Below, piece after piece: positions 13,301 to 28,300 of a stretch of 64,000 nt of DNA. Position 1 is the stretch's first letter, and each line of letters begins with the position of its first letter. The DNA is from Bugula neritina (taxonomy: Eukaryota; Animalia; Bryozoa): NCBI GenBank assembly GCA_964035545.1, contig CAXIUT010000073.1:502564-566563 (forward strand), given 5' to 3'. The position numbers and the translations under genes are program-made. The notes beneath the pieces were generated by a model that was given only the letters and a program-made list of their open reading frames with translations, ran no database searches and was not told the origin of the DNA.

Positions 13301-16300
13301 AGACTATATTGCTCTTCAATCATCAGTTTTCATATTAAAACAGAAAGCTCATCTGCAGCGCCATTTCACAGTGTTATATTTTGCTAGAGCAATAACTAAT
13401 TTTAGATGCCTTTGCAAACATAGGAGAAATAAATGAGTCATTCTATGAAAAGAGGTGTTTGCAGCACTTGTCCACTTTTGATTTACACGCGGCATCGAAA
13501 CTTTTGTAGTTTTAAATAATGTCTCCAAATTCATCACTTGCATGTGTTTAGATACTTGATGAAAATGTTTATGCAAAATTTGATGCCTGCTTCAAAGACA
13601 CCAGTGCTTAATTACTGTGTTAACTGTATTGGCACGTTGCCATGAGATATTTGGTAATATTTCGCATCACAACAAACTCTTCAGAAAGTTACGAAAATCA
13701 GTCTAGAAAGTTAATGAAATAAACCTACCAGAGAGAGTAAGCCAGATGTAACAAGTAGATCCAAAACAAGTTGATTAACAATTGAAGTTGAAGTCTCGAT
13801 GTAGTCAACACTTTAGTCCTAACGTCAAATGCTAACGTCTGCAACCAAACTGTGAAGACTTCATGAGCTGGTTAGCTGACAGGACACATTAAAGTTCTTA
13901 ACTCTTGTGTCTATAGTGATGCCCATCTTGAACTAGAGAGGGCTGACTGAAGACTGCTACTTTGTGAAAATTGACAATGCATATTACTATTATTCATTGT
14001 TGAGATTCACGACTGCCATGAACAATGATAAAATATTCATTGTTGGTACTACTGAGTAGAATAAAATATAATATAATATTGTTTTCTGGACAGAAAAGTA
14101 ATATCAAATGCATATTATAACTTACCATAAATCTACAGTGCTTCACATCTTCACCTTTTCCTGCAATTTTATTTCTTTGCAGTTAGAAGTAGTAGCTGAA
14201 TATATGACGATGAAACATAACCCTTCAATTTCATTGCACCAGCACCAGTTGCAAGATAGGTGTGTTGGGAGTTATCTTTCCTAAAAATTTGTTCTTGGTG
14301 TTTATACGAAGCAGACACAGGCTAATATTAGTTTTGTTATTTGCAAGAGTTTTTCTGTCTGATTGTCCATCAGCAAAAGTTTGCGCCTTGCAGTTATTAT
14401 GAAAATACCAGTGATGCTGGAAGACCTTTGCATTGTACACCCGCCTTTACTATTGAATTTAGATGTTTTATTTTCCCATCCCCTCTCCTGCCCCCCTGTC
14501 CCCTCTAACAACCAGCAATCTTGACTCATGTGAATTTTGTTATTGTTCTAGAGTTGGCCCATGGGCCTACAGTATACGATTTGAAACTTTATAGTTTACA
14601 GGCAGTCGAGATGAGTCAGTGCTGAAACCCATTTTATTAGTAGACTATATTGCTCTTCAATAATCAGTTTTCATATTAAAAGAGAAAGCTCATCTGCAGC
14701 GCCATTTTACAGTGTTATATTTTGCCAGAGCAATAACTAATTTTAGATGCCTTTGCAAACATATGAGAAATAAATGAGTCATTCTATGAAAAGAGGTGTT
14801 TGCAGCACTTGTCCACTTTTGATTTACACGCGGCATGGAAACTTTTGTAGTTTTAAATAATGTCTCCAAATTCATCACTTGCATGTGTTTAGATACTTGA
14901 TGAAAATTTTTATGCAAAACTTGATGCCTGCTTCAAAGACACCAGTGCTTAATTACTGTGTTAACTGTATTGGCACGTTGCCATGAGATATTTGGTAATA
15001 TTTCGCATCACAACAAACTCTTCAGAAAGTTGAGAAAATCAGTCTAGAAAGTTAATGAAATAAACCTACCAGAGAGAGTAAGCCAGATGTAACAAGTAGA
15101 TCCAAAACAAGTTGATAAACAATTGAAGTTGAAGTCTCCATGTAGTCAACACGTTAGTCCTAATGTCAAATGCAAACGTCTGCAACCAAACTGTGTAGAC
15201 TTCATAAGCTGGTTAGCTGACAGGGGAGATTGAAGTTCTTAACTCTTGTGTGTATAGTGATGCCCATCTTGAACCAGAGATGGCTGACTGAAGACTGCTA
15301 CTTTGTGAAAATTGACAATGCATATTATTATTATTCATTGTTGAGATTCACGACTGCCATAAACAATGATAAAATATTCATTGTTGGTACTACTGAGTAG
15401 AATAAAATATAATATAATATTATTTTCTGGACAGATAAATAATATCAAATGCATATTATAACTTACCATAAATATACAGTGCTTCACATCTTCACCTTTT
15501 TCTGCAATGTTATTTCTTTGCAGTTAGAAGTACTAGCTGAATATATGACTATGAAACATAACCCTTCAATTTCATTGCACCAGCACCAGTTGCAAGATAG
15601 GTGTATTGAGAGTTATCTTTCCCAAAATTTTGTTCTTGGTGTTTATACGAAGCAGACACAGGCTAATATTAGTTTTGTTATTTGCAAGAGTTTTTCTGTC
15701 TGATTGTCCATCAGCAAAAGTTTGCGCCTTGCAGTTATTATGGAAATACCAGTGATGCTGGAAGACCTTTGCATTGTACACCCGCCTTGACTATTGAAGT
15801 TAGATGTTTTATTTTCCCATCCCCTCTCCCGCCCCCCTGTCCCCTCTAACAACCGGCAATCCTGACTCATGTGAATTGTGTTATTGTTCTAGAGTTGGCC
15901 CATGGGCCTACAGTATACGATTTGAAGCTTTATAGTTTACAGGCAGTCGAGATGAGTCACTGCTGAAACCCATTTTATTAGTAGACTATATTGCTCTTCA
16001 ATCATCAGTTTTCATATTAAAACAGAAAGCTCATCTGCAGCGCCATTTCACAGTGTTATATTTTGCTAGAGCAATAACTAATTTTAGATGCCTTTGCAAA
16101 CATATGAGAAATAAATGAGTCATTCTATGAAAAGAGGTGTTTGCAGCACTTGTCCACTTTTGATTTACACGCGGCATCGAAACTTTTGTAGTTTTAAATA
16201 ATGTCTCCAAATTCATCACTTGCATGTGTTTAGATACTTGATGAAAATGTTTATGCAAAATTTGATGCCTGCTTCAAAGACACCAGTGCTTAATTACTGT

Positions 16301-19300
16301 GTTAACTGTATTGGCACGTTGCCATGAGATATTTGGTAATATTTCGCATCACAACAAACTCTTCAGAAAGTTAAGAAAATCAGTCTAGAAAGTTAATGAA
16401 ATAAACCTACCAGAGAGAGTAAGCCAGATGTAACAAGTAGATCCAAAACAAGTTGATTAACAATTGAAGTTGAAGTCTCGATGTAGTCAACACTTTAGTC
16501 CTAACGTCAAATGCTAACGTCTGCAACCAAACTGTGAAGACTTCATGAGCTGGTTAGCTGACAGGACACATTAAAGTTCTTAACTCTTGTGTGTATAGTG
16601 ATGCCCATCTTGAACTAGAGAGGGCTGACTGAAGACTGCTACTTTGTGAAAATTGACAATGCATATTATTATTATTCATTGTTGAGATTCACGACTGCCA
16701 TAAACAATGATAAAATATTCATTGTTGGTACTACTGAGTAGAATAAAATATAATATAATATTGTTTTCTGGACAGAAAAGTAATATCAAATGCATATTAT
16801 AACTTACCATAAATCTACAGTGCTTCACATCTTCACCTTTTCCTGCAATTTTATTTCTTTGCAGTTAGAAGTAGTAGCTGAATATATGACGATGAAACAT
16901 AACCCTTCAATTTCATTGCACCAGCACCAGTTGCAAGATAGGTGTGTTGGGAGTTATCTTTCCTAAAAATTTGTTCTTGGTGTTTATACGAAGCAGACAC
17001 AGGCTAATATTAGTTTTGTTATTTGCAAGAGTTTTCCTGTCTGATTTTCCATCAGCAAAAGTTTGCGCCTTGCAGTTATTATGAAAATACCAGTGATGCT
17101 GGAAGACCTTTGCATTGTACACCCGCCTTTACTATTGAATTTAGATGTTTTATTTTCCCATCCCCTCTCCTGCCCCCCTATCCCCTCTAACAACCAGCAA
17201 TCTTGACTCATGTGAATTTTGTTATTGTTCTAGAGTTGGCCCATGGGCCTACAGTATACGATTTGAAACTTTATAGTTTACAGGCAGTCGAGATGAGTCA
17301 GTGCTGAAACCCATTTTATTAGTAGACTATATTGCTCTTCAATAATCAGTTTTCATATTAAAAGAGAAAGCTCATCTGCAGCGCCATTTTACAGTGTTAT
17401 ATTTTGCCAGAGCAATAACTAATTTTAGATGCCTTTGCAAACATATGAGAAATAAATGAGTCATTCTATGAAAAGAGGTGTTTGCAGCACTTGTCCACTT
17501 TTGATTTACACGCGGCATGGAAACTTTTGTAGTTTTAAATAATGTCTCCAAATTCATCACTTGCATGTGTTTAGATACTTGATGAAAATTTTTATGCAAA
17601 ACTTGATGCCTGCTTCAAAGACACCAGTGCTTAATTACTGTGTTAACTGTATTGGCACGTTGCCATGAGATATTTGGTAATATTTCGCATCACAACAAAC
17701 TCTTCAGAAAGTTGAGAAAATCAGTCTAGAAAGTTAATGAAATAAACCTACCAGAGAGAGTAAGCCAGATGTAACAAGTAGATCCAAAACAAGTTGATAA
17801 ACAATTGAAGTTGAAGTCTCCATGTAGTCAACACGTTAGTCCTAATGTCAAATGCAAACGTCTGCAACCAAACTGTGTAGACTTCATAAGCTGGTTAGCT
17901 GACAGGGGAGATTGAAGTTCTTAACTCTTGTGTGTATAGTGATGCCCATCTTGAACCAGAGATGGCTGACTGAAGACTGCTACTTTGTGAAAATTGACAA
18001 TGCATATTATTATTATTCATTGTTGAGATTCACGACTGCCATAAACAATGATAAAATATTCATTGTTGGTACTACTGAGTAGAATAAAATATAATATAAT
18101 ATTATTTTCTGGACAGATAAATAATATCAAATGCATATTATAACTTACCATAAATATACAGTGCTTCACATCTTCACCTTTTTCTGCAATGTTATTTCTT
18201 TGCAGTTAGAAGTACTAGCTGAATATGTGACTATGAAACATAACCCTTCAATTTCATTGCACCAGCACCAGTTGCAAGATAGGTGTATTGAGAGTTATCT
18301 TTCCCAAAATTTTGTTCTTGGTGTTTATACGAAGCAGACACAGGCTAATATTAGTTTTGTTATTTGCAAGAGTTTTTCTGTCTGATTGTCCATCAGCAAA
18401 AGTTTGCGCCTTGCAGTTATTATGGAAATACCAGTGATGCTGGAAGACCTTTGCATTGTACACCCGCCTTGACTATTGAAGTTAGATGTTTTATTTTCCC
18501 ATCCCCTCTCCCGCCCCCCTGTCCCCTCTAACAACCGGCAATCCTGACTCATGTGAATTGTGTTATTGTTCTAGAGTTGGCCCATGGGCCTACAGTATAC
18601 GATTTGAAGCTTTATAGTTTACAGGCAGTCGAGATGAGTCACTGCTGAAACCCATTTTATTAGTAGACTATATTGCTCTTCAATCATCAGTTTTCATATT
18701 AAAACAGAAAGCTCATCTGCAGCGCCATTTCACAGTGTTATATTTTGCTAGAGCAATAACTAATTTTAGATGCCTTTGCAAACATATGAGAAATAAATGA
18801 GTCATTCTATGAAAAGAGGTGTTTGCAGCACTTGTCCACTTTTGATTTACACGCGGCATCGAAACTTTTGTAGTTTTAAATAATGTCTCCAAATTCATCA
18901 CTTGCATGTGTTTAGATACTTGATGAAAATGTTTATGCAAAATTTGATGCCTGCTTCAAAGACACCAGTGCTTAATTACTGTGTTAACTGTATTGGCACG
19001 TTGCCATGAGATATTTGGTAATATTTCGCATCACAACAAACTCTTCAGAAAGTTAAGAAAATCAGTCTAGAAAGTTAATGAAATAAACCTACCAGAGAGA
19101 GTAAGCCAGATGTAACAAGTAGATCCAAAACAAGTTGATTAACAATTGAAGTTGAAGTCTCGATGTAGTCAACACTTTAGTCCTAACGTCAAATGCTAAC
19201 GTCTGCAACCAAACTGTGAAGACTTCATGAGCTGGTTAGCTGACAGGACACATTAAAGTTCTTAACTCTTGTGTGTATAGTGATGCCCATCTTGAACTAG

Positions 19301-22300
19301 AGAGGGCTGACTGAAGACTGCTACTTTGTGAAAATTGACAATGCATATTATTATTATTCATTGTTGAGATTCACGACTGCCATAAACAATGATAAAATAT
19401 TCATTGTTGGTACTACTGAGTAGAATAAAATATAATATAATATTATTTTCTGGACAGATAAATAATATCAAATGCATATTATAACTTACCATAAATATAC
19501 AGTGCTTCACATCTTCACCTTTTTCTGCAATGTTATTTCTTTGCAGTTAGAAGTACTAGCTGAATATATGACTATGAAACATAACCCTTCAATTTCATTG
19601 CACCAGCACCAGTTGCAAGATAGGTGTTTTGAGAGTTATCTTTCCCAAAATTTTGTTCTTGGTGTTTATACGAAGCAGACACAGGCTAATATTAGTTTTG
19701 TTATTTGCAAGAGTTTTTCTGTCTGATTGTCCATCGGCAAAAGTTTGCGCCTTGCAGTTATTATGAAAATACCAGTGATGCTGGAAGACCTTTGCATTGT
19801 ACACCCGCCTTTACTATTGAATTTAGATGTTTTATTTTCCCATCCCCTCTCCTGCCCCCCTGTCCCCTCTAACAACCAGCAATCTTGACTCATGTGAATT
19901 GTGTTATTGTTCTAGAGTTGGCCCATGGGCCTACAGTATACGATTTGAAGCTTTATAGTTTACAGGCAGTCGAGATGAGTCACTGCTGAAACCCATTTTA
20001 TTAGTAGACTATATTGCTCTTCAATAATCAGTTTTCATATTAAAAGAGAAAGCTCATCTGCAGCGCCATTTCACAGTGTTATGTTTTGCTAGAGCAATAA
20101 CTACTTTTAGATGCCTTTGCAAACATATGAGAAATAAATGAGTCATTCTATGAAAAGAGGTGTTTGCAGCACTTGTCCACTTTTGATTTACATGCGGCAT
20201 GGAAACTTTTGTAGTTTTAAATAATGTCTCCAAATTCATCACTTGCATGTGTTTAGATACTTGATGAAAATTTTTATGCAAAACTTGATGCCTGCTTCAA
20301 AGACACCAGTGCTTAATTACTGTGTTAACTGTATTGGCATGTTGCCATGAGATATTTGGTAATATTTCGCATCACAACAAACTCTTCAGAAAGTTAAGAA
20401 AATAAGTCTAGAAAGTTAATGAAATAAACCTACCAGAGAGAGTAAGCCAGATGTAACAAGTAGATCCAAAACAAGTTGATTAACAATTGAAGTTGAAATC
20501 TCCATGTAGTCAACACTTTAGTCCTAATGTCAAATGCAAGCGTCTGCAACCAAACTGTGTAGACTTCATGAGCTGGTTAGCTGACAGGACTCATTAAAGT
20601 TCTTAACTCTTGTGTGTATAGTGATGCCCATCTTGAACTAGAGAGGGGTGACTGAAGACTGCTACTTTGTGAAAATTGACAATGCATATTATTATTATTC
20701 ATTGTTGAGATTCACGACTGCCATAAACAATGATAAAATATTCATTGTTGGTACTACTGAGTAGAATAAAATATAATATAATATTATTTTCTGGACAGAC
20801 AAATAATATCAAATGCATATTATAACTTACCATAAATCTACAGTGCTTCACATCTTCACCTTTTTCTGCAATGTTATTTCTTTGCAGTTAGAAGTACTAG
20901 CTGAATATATGACTATGAAACATAACCCTTCAATTTCATTGCACCAGCACCAGTTGCAAGATAGGTGTGTTGGGAGTTATCTTTCCCAAAACTTTGTTCT
21001 TGGTGTTTATACGAAGCAGACACAGGCTAATATTAGTTTTGTTATTTGCAAGAGTTTTTCTGTCTGATTTTCCATCAGCAAAAGTTTGCGCCTTGCAGTT
21101 ATTATGAAAATACCAGTGATGCTGGAAGACCTTTGCATTGTACACCCGCCTTTACTATTGAATTTAGATGTTTTATTTTCCCATCCCCTCTCCTGCCCCC
21201 CTATCCCCTCTAACAACCAGCAATCTTGACTCATGTGAATTTTGTTATTGTTCTAGAGTTGGCCCATGGGCCTACAGTATACGATTTGAAACTTTATAGT
21301 TTACAGGCAGTCGAGATGAGTCAGTGCTGAAACCCATTTTATTAGTAGACTATATTGCTCTTCAATAATCAGTTTTCATATTAAAAGAGAAAGCTCATCT
21401 GCAGCGCCATTTTACAGTGTTATATTTTGCCAGAGCAATAACTAATTTTAGATGCCTTTGCAAACATATGAGAAATAAATGAGTCATTCTATGAAAAGAG
21501 GTGTTTGCAGCACTTGTCCACTTTTGATTTACACGCGGCATGGAAACTTTTGTAGTTTTAAATAATGTCTCCAAATTCATCACTTGCATGTGTTTAGATA
21601 CTTGATGAAAATTTTTATGCAAAACTTGATGCCTGCTTCAAAGACACCAGTGCTTAATTACTGTGTTAACTGTATTGGCACGTTGCCATGAGATATTTGG
21701 TAATATTTCGCATCACAACAAACTCTTCAGAAAGTTGAGAAAATCAGTCTAGAAAGTTAATGAAATAAACCTACCAGAGAGAGTAAGCCAGATGTAACAA
21801 GTAGATCCAAAACAAGTTGATAAACAATTGAAGTTGAAGTCTCCATGTAGTCAACACTTTAGTCCTAACGTCAAATGCTAACGTCTGCAACCAAACTGTG
21901 AAGACTTCATGAGCTGGTTAGCTGACAGGACACATTAAAGTTCTTAACTCTTGTGTGTATAGTGATGCCCATCTTGAACTAGAGAGGGCTGACTGAAGAC
22001 TGCTACTTTGTGAAAATTGACAATGCATATTATTATTATTCATTGTTGAGATTCACGACTGCCATAAACAATGATAAAATATTCATTGTTGGTACTACTG
22101 AGTAGAATAAAATATAATATAATATTATTTTCTGGACAGATAAATAATATCAAATGCATATTATAACTTACCATAAATATACAGTGCTTCACATCTTCAC
22201 CTTTTTCTGCAATGTTATTTCTTTGCAGTTAGAAGTACTAGCTGAATATATGACTATGAAACATAACCCTTCAATTTCATTGCACCAGCACCAGTTGCAA

Positions 22301-25300
22301 GATAGGTGTTTTGAGAGTTATCTTTCCCAAAATTTTGTTCTTGGTGTTTATACGAAGCAGACACAGGCTAATATTAGTTTTGTTATTTGCAAGAGTTTTT
22401 CTGTCTGATTGTCCATCGGCAAAAGTTTGCGCCTTGCAGTTATTATGAAAATACCAGTGATGCTGGAAGACCTTTGCATTGTACACCCGCCTTTACTATT
22501 GAATTTAGATGTTTTATTTTCCCATCCCCTCTCCTGCCCCCCTGTCCCCTCTAACAACCAGCAATCTTGACTCATGTGAATTGTGTTATTGTTCTAGAGT
22601 TGGCCCATGGGCCTACAGTATACGATTTGAAGCTTTATAGTTTACAGGCAGTCGAGATGAGTCAGTGCTGAAACCCATTTTATTAGTAGACTATATTGCT
22701 CTTCAATAATCAGTTTTCATATTAAAAGAGAAAGCTCATCTGCAGCGCCATTTTACAGTGTTATATTTTGCCAGAGCAATAACTAATTTTAGATGCCTTT
22801 GCAAACATATGAGAAATAAATGAGTCATTCTATGAAAAGAGGTGTTTGCAGCACTTGTCCACTTTTGATTTACACGCGGCATGGAAACTTTTGTAGTTTT
22901 AAATAATGTCTCCAAATTCATCACTTGCATGTGTTTAGATACTTGATGAAAATTTTTATGCAAAACTTGATGCCTGCTTCAAAGACACCAGTGCTTAATT
23001 ACTGTGTTAACTGTATTGGCACGTTGCCATGAGATATTTGGTAATATTTCGCATCACAACAAACTCTTCAGAAAGTTGAGAAAATCAGTCTAGAAAGTTA
23101 ATGAAATAAACCTACCAGAGAGAGTAAGCCAGATGTAACAAGTAGATCCAAAACAAGTTGATAAACAATTGAAGTTGAAGTCTCCATGTAGTCAACACGT
23201 TAGTCCTAATGTCAAATGCAAACGTCTGCAACCAAACTGTGTAGACTTCATAAGCTGGTTAGCTGACAGGGGAGATTGAAGTTCTTAACTCTTGTGTGTA
23301 TAGTGATGCCCATCTTGAACCAGAGATGGCTGACTGAAGACTGCTACTTTGTGAAAATTGACAATGCATATTATTATTATTCATTGTTGAGATTCACGAC
23401 TGCCATAAACAATGATAAAATATTCATTGTTGGTACTACTGAGTAGAATAAAATATAATATAATATTATTTTCTGGACAGATAAATAATATCAAATGCAT
23501 ATTATAACTTACCATAAATATACAGTGCTTCACATCTTCACCTTTTTCTGCAATGTTATTTCTTTGCAGTTAGAAGTACTAGCTGAATATATGACTATGA
23601 AACATAACCCTTCAATTTCATTGCACCAGCACCAGTTGCAAGATAGGTGTATTGAGAGTTATCTTTCCCAAAATTTTGTTCTTGGTGTTTATACGAAGCA
23701 GACACAGGCTAATATTAGTTTTGTTATTTGCAAGAGTTTTTCTGTCTGATTGTCCATCAGCAAAAGTTTGCGCCTTGCAGTTATTATGGAAATACCAGTG
23801 ATGCTGGAAGACCTTTGCATTGTACACCCGCCTTGACTATTGAAGTTAGATGTTTTATTTTCCCATCCCCTCTCCCGCCCCCCTGTCCCCTCTAACAACC
23901 GGCAATCCTGACTCATGTGAATTGTGTTATTGTTCTAGAGTTGGCCCATGGGCCTACAGTATACGATTTGAAGCTTTATAGTTTACAGGCAGTCGAGATG
24001 AGTCACTGCTGAAACCCATTTTATTAGTAGACTATATTGCTCTTCAATCATCAGTTTTCATATTAAAACAGAAAGCTCATCTGCAGCGCCATTTCACAGT
24101 GTTATATTTTGCTAGAGCAATAACTAATTTTAGATGCCTTTGCAAACATATGAGAAATAAATGAGTCATTCTATGAAAAGAGGTGTTTGCAGCACTTGTC
24201 CACTTTTGATTTACACGCGGCATCGAAACTTTTGTAGTTTTAAATAATGTCTCCAAATTCATCACTTGCATGTGTTTAGATACTTGATGAAAATTTTTAT
24301 GCAAAACTTGATGCCTGCTTCAAAGACACCAGTGCTTAATTACTGTGTTAACTGTATTGGCACGTTGCCATGAGATATTTGGTAATATTTCGCATCACAA
24401 CAAACTCTTCAGAAAGTTGAGAAAATCAGTCTAGAAAGTTAATGAAATAAACCTACCAGAGAGAGTAAGCCAGATGTAACAAGTAGATCCAAAACAAGTT
24501 GATAAACAATTGAAGTTGAAGTCTCCATGTAGTCAACACGTTAGTCCTAATGTCAAATGCAAACGTCTGCAACCAAACTGTGTAGACTTCATAAGCTGGT
24601 TAGCTGACAGGGGAGATTGAAGTTCTTAACTCTTGTGTGTATAGTGATGCCCATCTTGAACCAGAGATGGCTGACTGAAGACTGCTACTTTGTGAAAATT
24701 GACAATGCATATTATTATTATTCATTGTTGAGATTCACGACTGCCATAAACAATGATAAAATATTCATTGTTGGTACTACTGAGTAGAATAAAATATAAT
24801 ATAATATTGTTTTCTGGACAGATAAATAATATCAAATGCATATTATAACTTACCATAAATATACAGTGCTTCACATCTTCACCTTTTTCTGCAATGTTAT
24901 TTCTTTGCAGTTAGAAGTACTAGCTGAATATATGACTATGAAACATAACCCTTCAATTTCATTGCACCAGCACCAGTTGCAAGATAGGTGTATTGAGAGT
25001 TATCTTTCCCAAAATTTTGTTCTTGGTGTTTATACGAAGCAGACACAGGCTAATATTAGTTTTGTTATTTGCAAGAGTTTTTCTGTCTGATTGTCCATCA
25101 GCAAAAGTTTGCGCCTTGCAGTTATTATGGAAATACCAGTGATGCTGGAAGACCTTTGCATTGTACACCCGCCTTGACTATTGAAGTTAGATGTTTTATT
25201 TTCCCATCCCCTCTCCCGCCCCCCTGTCCCCTCTAACAACCGGCAATCCTGACTCATGTGAATTGTGTTATTGTTCTAGAGTTGGCCCATGGGCCTACAG

Positions 25301-28300
25301 TATACGATTTGAAGCTTTATAGTTTACAGGCAGTCGAGATGAGTCACTGCTGAAACCCATTTTATTAGTAGACTATATTGCTCTTCAATCATCAGTTTTC
25401 ATATTAAAACAGAAAGCTCATCTGCAGCGCCATTTCACAGTGTTATATTTTGCTAGAGCAATAACTAATTTTAGATGCCTTTGCAAACATATGAGAAATA
25501 AATGAGTCATTCTATGAAAAGAGGTGTTTGCAGCACTTGTCCACTTTTGATTTACACGCGGCATCGAAACTTTTGTAGTTTTAAATAATGTCTCCAAATT
25601 CATCACTTGCATGTGTTTAGATACTTGATGAAAATGTTTATGCAAAATTTGATGCCTGCTTCAAAGACACCAGTGCTTAATTACTGTGTTAACTGTATTG
25701 GCACGTTGCCATGAGATATTTGGTAATATTTCGCATCACAACAAACTCTTCAGAAAGTTAAGAAAATCAGTCTAGAAAGTTAATGAAATAAACCTACCAG
25801 AGAGAGTAAGCCAGATGTAACAAGTAGATCCAAAACAAGTTGATTAACAATTGAAGTTGAAGTCTCGATGTAGTCAACACTTTAGTCCTAACGTCAAATG
25901 CTAACGTCTGCAACCAAACTGTGAAGACTTCATGAGCTGGTTAGCTGACAGGACACATTAAAGTTCTTAACTCTTGTGTGTATAGTGATGCCCATCTTGA
26001 ACTAGAGAGGGCTGACTGAAGACTGCTACTTTGTGAAAATTGACAATGCATATTATTATTATTCATTGTTGAGATTCACGACTGCCATAAACAATGATAA
26101 AATATTCATTGTTGGTACTACTGAGTAGAATAAAATATAATATAATATTATTTTCTGGACAGATAAATAATATCAAATGCATATTATAACTTACCATAAA
26201 TATACAGTGCTTCACATCTTCACCTTTTTCTGCAATGTTATTTCTTTGCAGTTAGAAGTACTAGCTGAATATATGACTATGAAACATAACCCTTCAATTT
26301 CATTGCACCAGCACCAGTTGCAAGATAGGTGTTTTGAGAGTTATCTTTCCCAAAATTTTGTTCTTGGTGTTTATACGAAGCAGACACAGGCTAATATTAG
26401 TTTTGTTATTTGCAAGAGTTTTTCTGTCTGATTGTCCATCAGCAAAAGTTTGCGCCTTGCAGTTATTATGGAAATACCAGTGATGCTGGAAGACCTTTGC
26501 ATTGTACACCCGCCTTTACTATTGAATTTAGATATTTTATTTTCCCATCCCCTCTCCTGCCCCCCTGTCCCCTCTAACAACCAGCAATCCTGACTCATGT
26601 AAATTGTGTTATTGTTCTAGAGTTGGCCCATGGGCCCACAGTATACGATTTGAAGCTTTATAGTTTACAGGCAGTCGAGATGAGTCACTGCTGAAACCCA
26701 TTTTATTAGTAGACTATATTGCTCTTCAATAATCAGTTTTCATATTAAAAGAGAAAGCTCATCTGCAGCGCCATTTCACAGTGTTATGTTTTGCTAGAGC
26801 AATAACTACTTTTAGATGCCTTTGCAAACATATGAGAAATAAATGAGTCATTCTATGAAAAGAGGTGTTTGCAGCACTTGTCCACTTTTGATTTTCATGC
26901 GGCATGGAAACTTTTGTAGTTTTAAATAATGTCTCCAAATTCATCACTTGCATGTGTTTAGATACTTGATGAAAATTTTTATGCAAAACTTGATGCCTGC
27001 TTCAAAGACACCAGTGCTTAATTACTGTGTTAACTGTATTGGCACGTTGCTATGAGATATTTGGTAATATTTCGCATCACAACAAACTTTTCAGAAAGTT
27101 AAGAAAATCAGTCTAGAAAGTTAATGAAATAAACCTACCAGAGAGAGTAAGCCAGATGTAACAAGTAGATCCAAAACAAGTTGATAAACAATTGAAGTTG
27201 AAGTCTCCATGTAGTCAACACGTTAGTCCTAATGTCAAATGCAAACGTCTGCAACCAAACTGTGTAGACTTCATGAGCTGGTTAGCTGACAGGAGAGATT
27301 AAAGTTCTTAACTCTTGTGTGTATAGTGATGCCCATCTTGAACTAGAGATGGCTGACTGAAGACTGCTACTTTGTGAAAATTGACAATGCATATTATTAT
27401 TATTCATTGTTGAGATTCACGACTGCCATAAACAATGATAAAATATTCATTGTTGGTACTACTGAGTAGAATAAAATATAATATAATATTATTTTCTGGA
27501 CAGATAAATAATATCAAATGCATATTATAACTTACCATAAATATACAGTGCTTCACATCTTCACCTTTTTCTGCAATGTTATTTCTTTGCAGTTAGAAGT
27601 ACTAGCTGAATATATGACTATGAAACATAACCCTTCAATTTCATTGCACCAGCACCAGTTGCAAGATAGGTGTGTTGAGAGTTATCTTTCCCAAAATTTT
27701 GTTCTTGGTGTTTATACGAAGCAGACACAGGCTAATGTTAGTTTTGTTATTTGCAAGAGTTTTTCTGTCTGATTGTCCATCAGCAAAAGTTTGCGCCTTG
27801 CAGTTATTATGGAAATACCAGTGATGCTGGAAGACCTTTGCATTGTACACCCGCCTTTACTATTGAATTTAGATATTTTATTTTCCCATCCCCTCTCCTG
27901 CCCCCCTGTCCCCTCTAACAACCAGCAATCCTGACTCATGTAAATTGTGTTATTGTTCTAGAGTTGGCCCATGGGCCCACAGTATACGATTTGAAGCTTT
28001 ATAGTTTACAGGCAGTCGAGATGAGTCACTGCTGAAACCCATTTTATTAGTAGACTATATTGCTCTTCAATAATCAGTTTTCATATTAAAAGAGAAAGCT
28101 CATCTGCAGCGCCATTTCACAGTGTTATGTTTTGCTAGAGCAATAACTACTTTTAGATGCCTTTGCAAACATATGAGAAATAAATGAGTCATTCTATGAA
28201 AAGAGGTGTTTGCAGCACTTGTCCACTTTTGATTTACATGCGGCATGGAAACTTTTGTAGTTTTAAATAATGTCTCCAAATTCATCACTTGCATGTGTTT

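Larger units (their letters stand above)
1..18774. repeat. Homogeneous 4-monomer higher-order repeat (5364 bp; A-B-A'-B'), about 3.5 copies
   Basis: Diagnostic variants recur every 5364 bp: the 'GKSD' ORF variant at 821/6185/11549/16913, 'EYVT' at 2039/7403/12767/18131, and GTTACGAAAA in monomers 3, 7 and 11. The coarser A/B alternation has a 2682-bp period. Monomer 15 lacks the expected A' markers. Confidence 0.93.
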
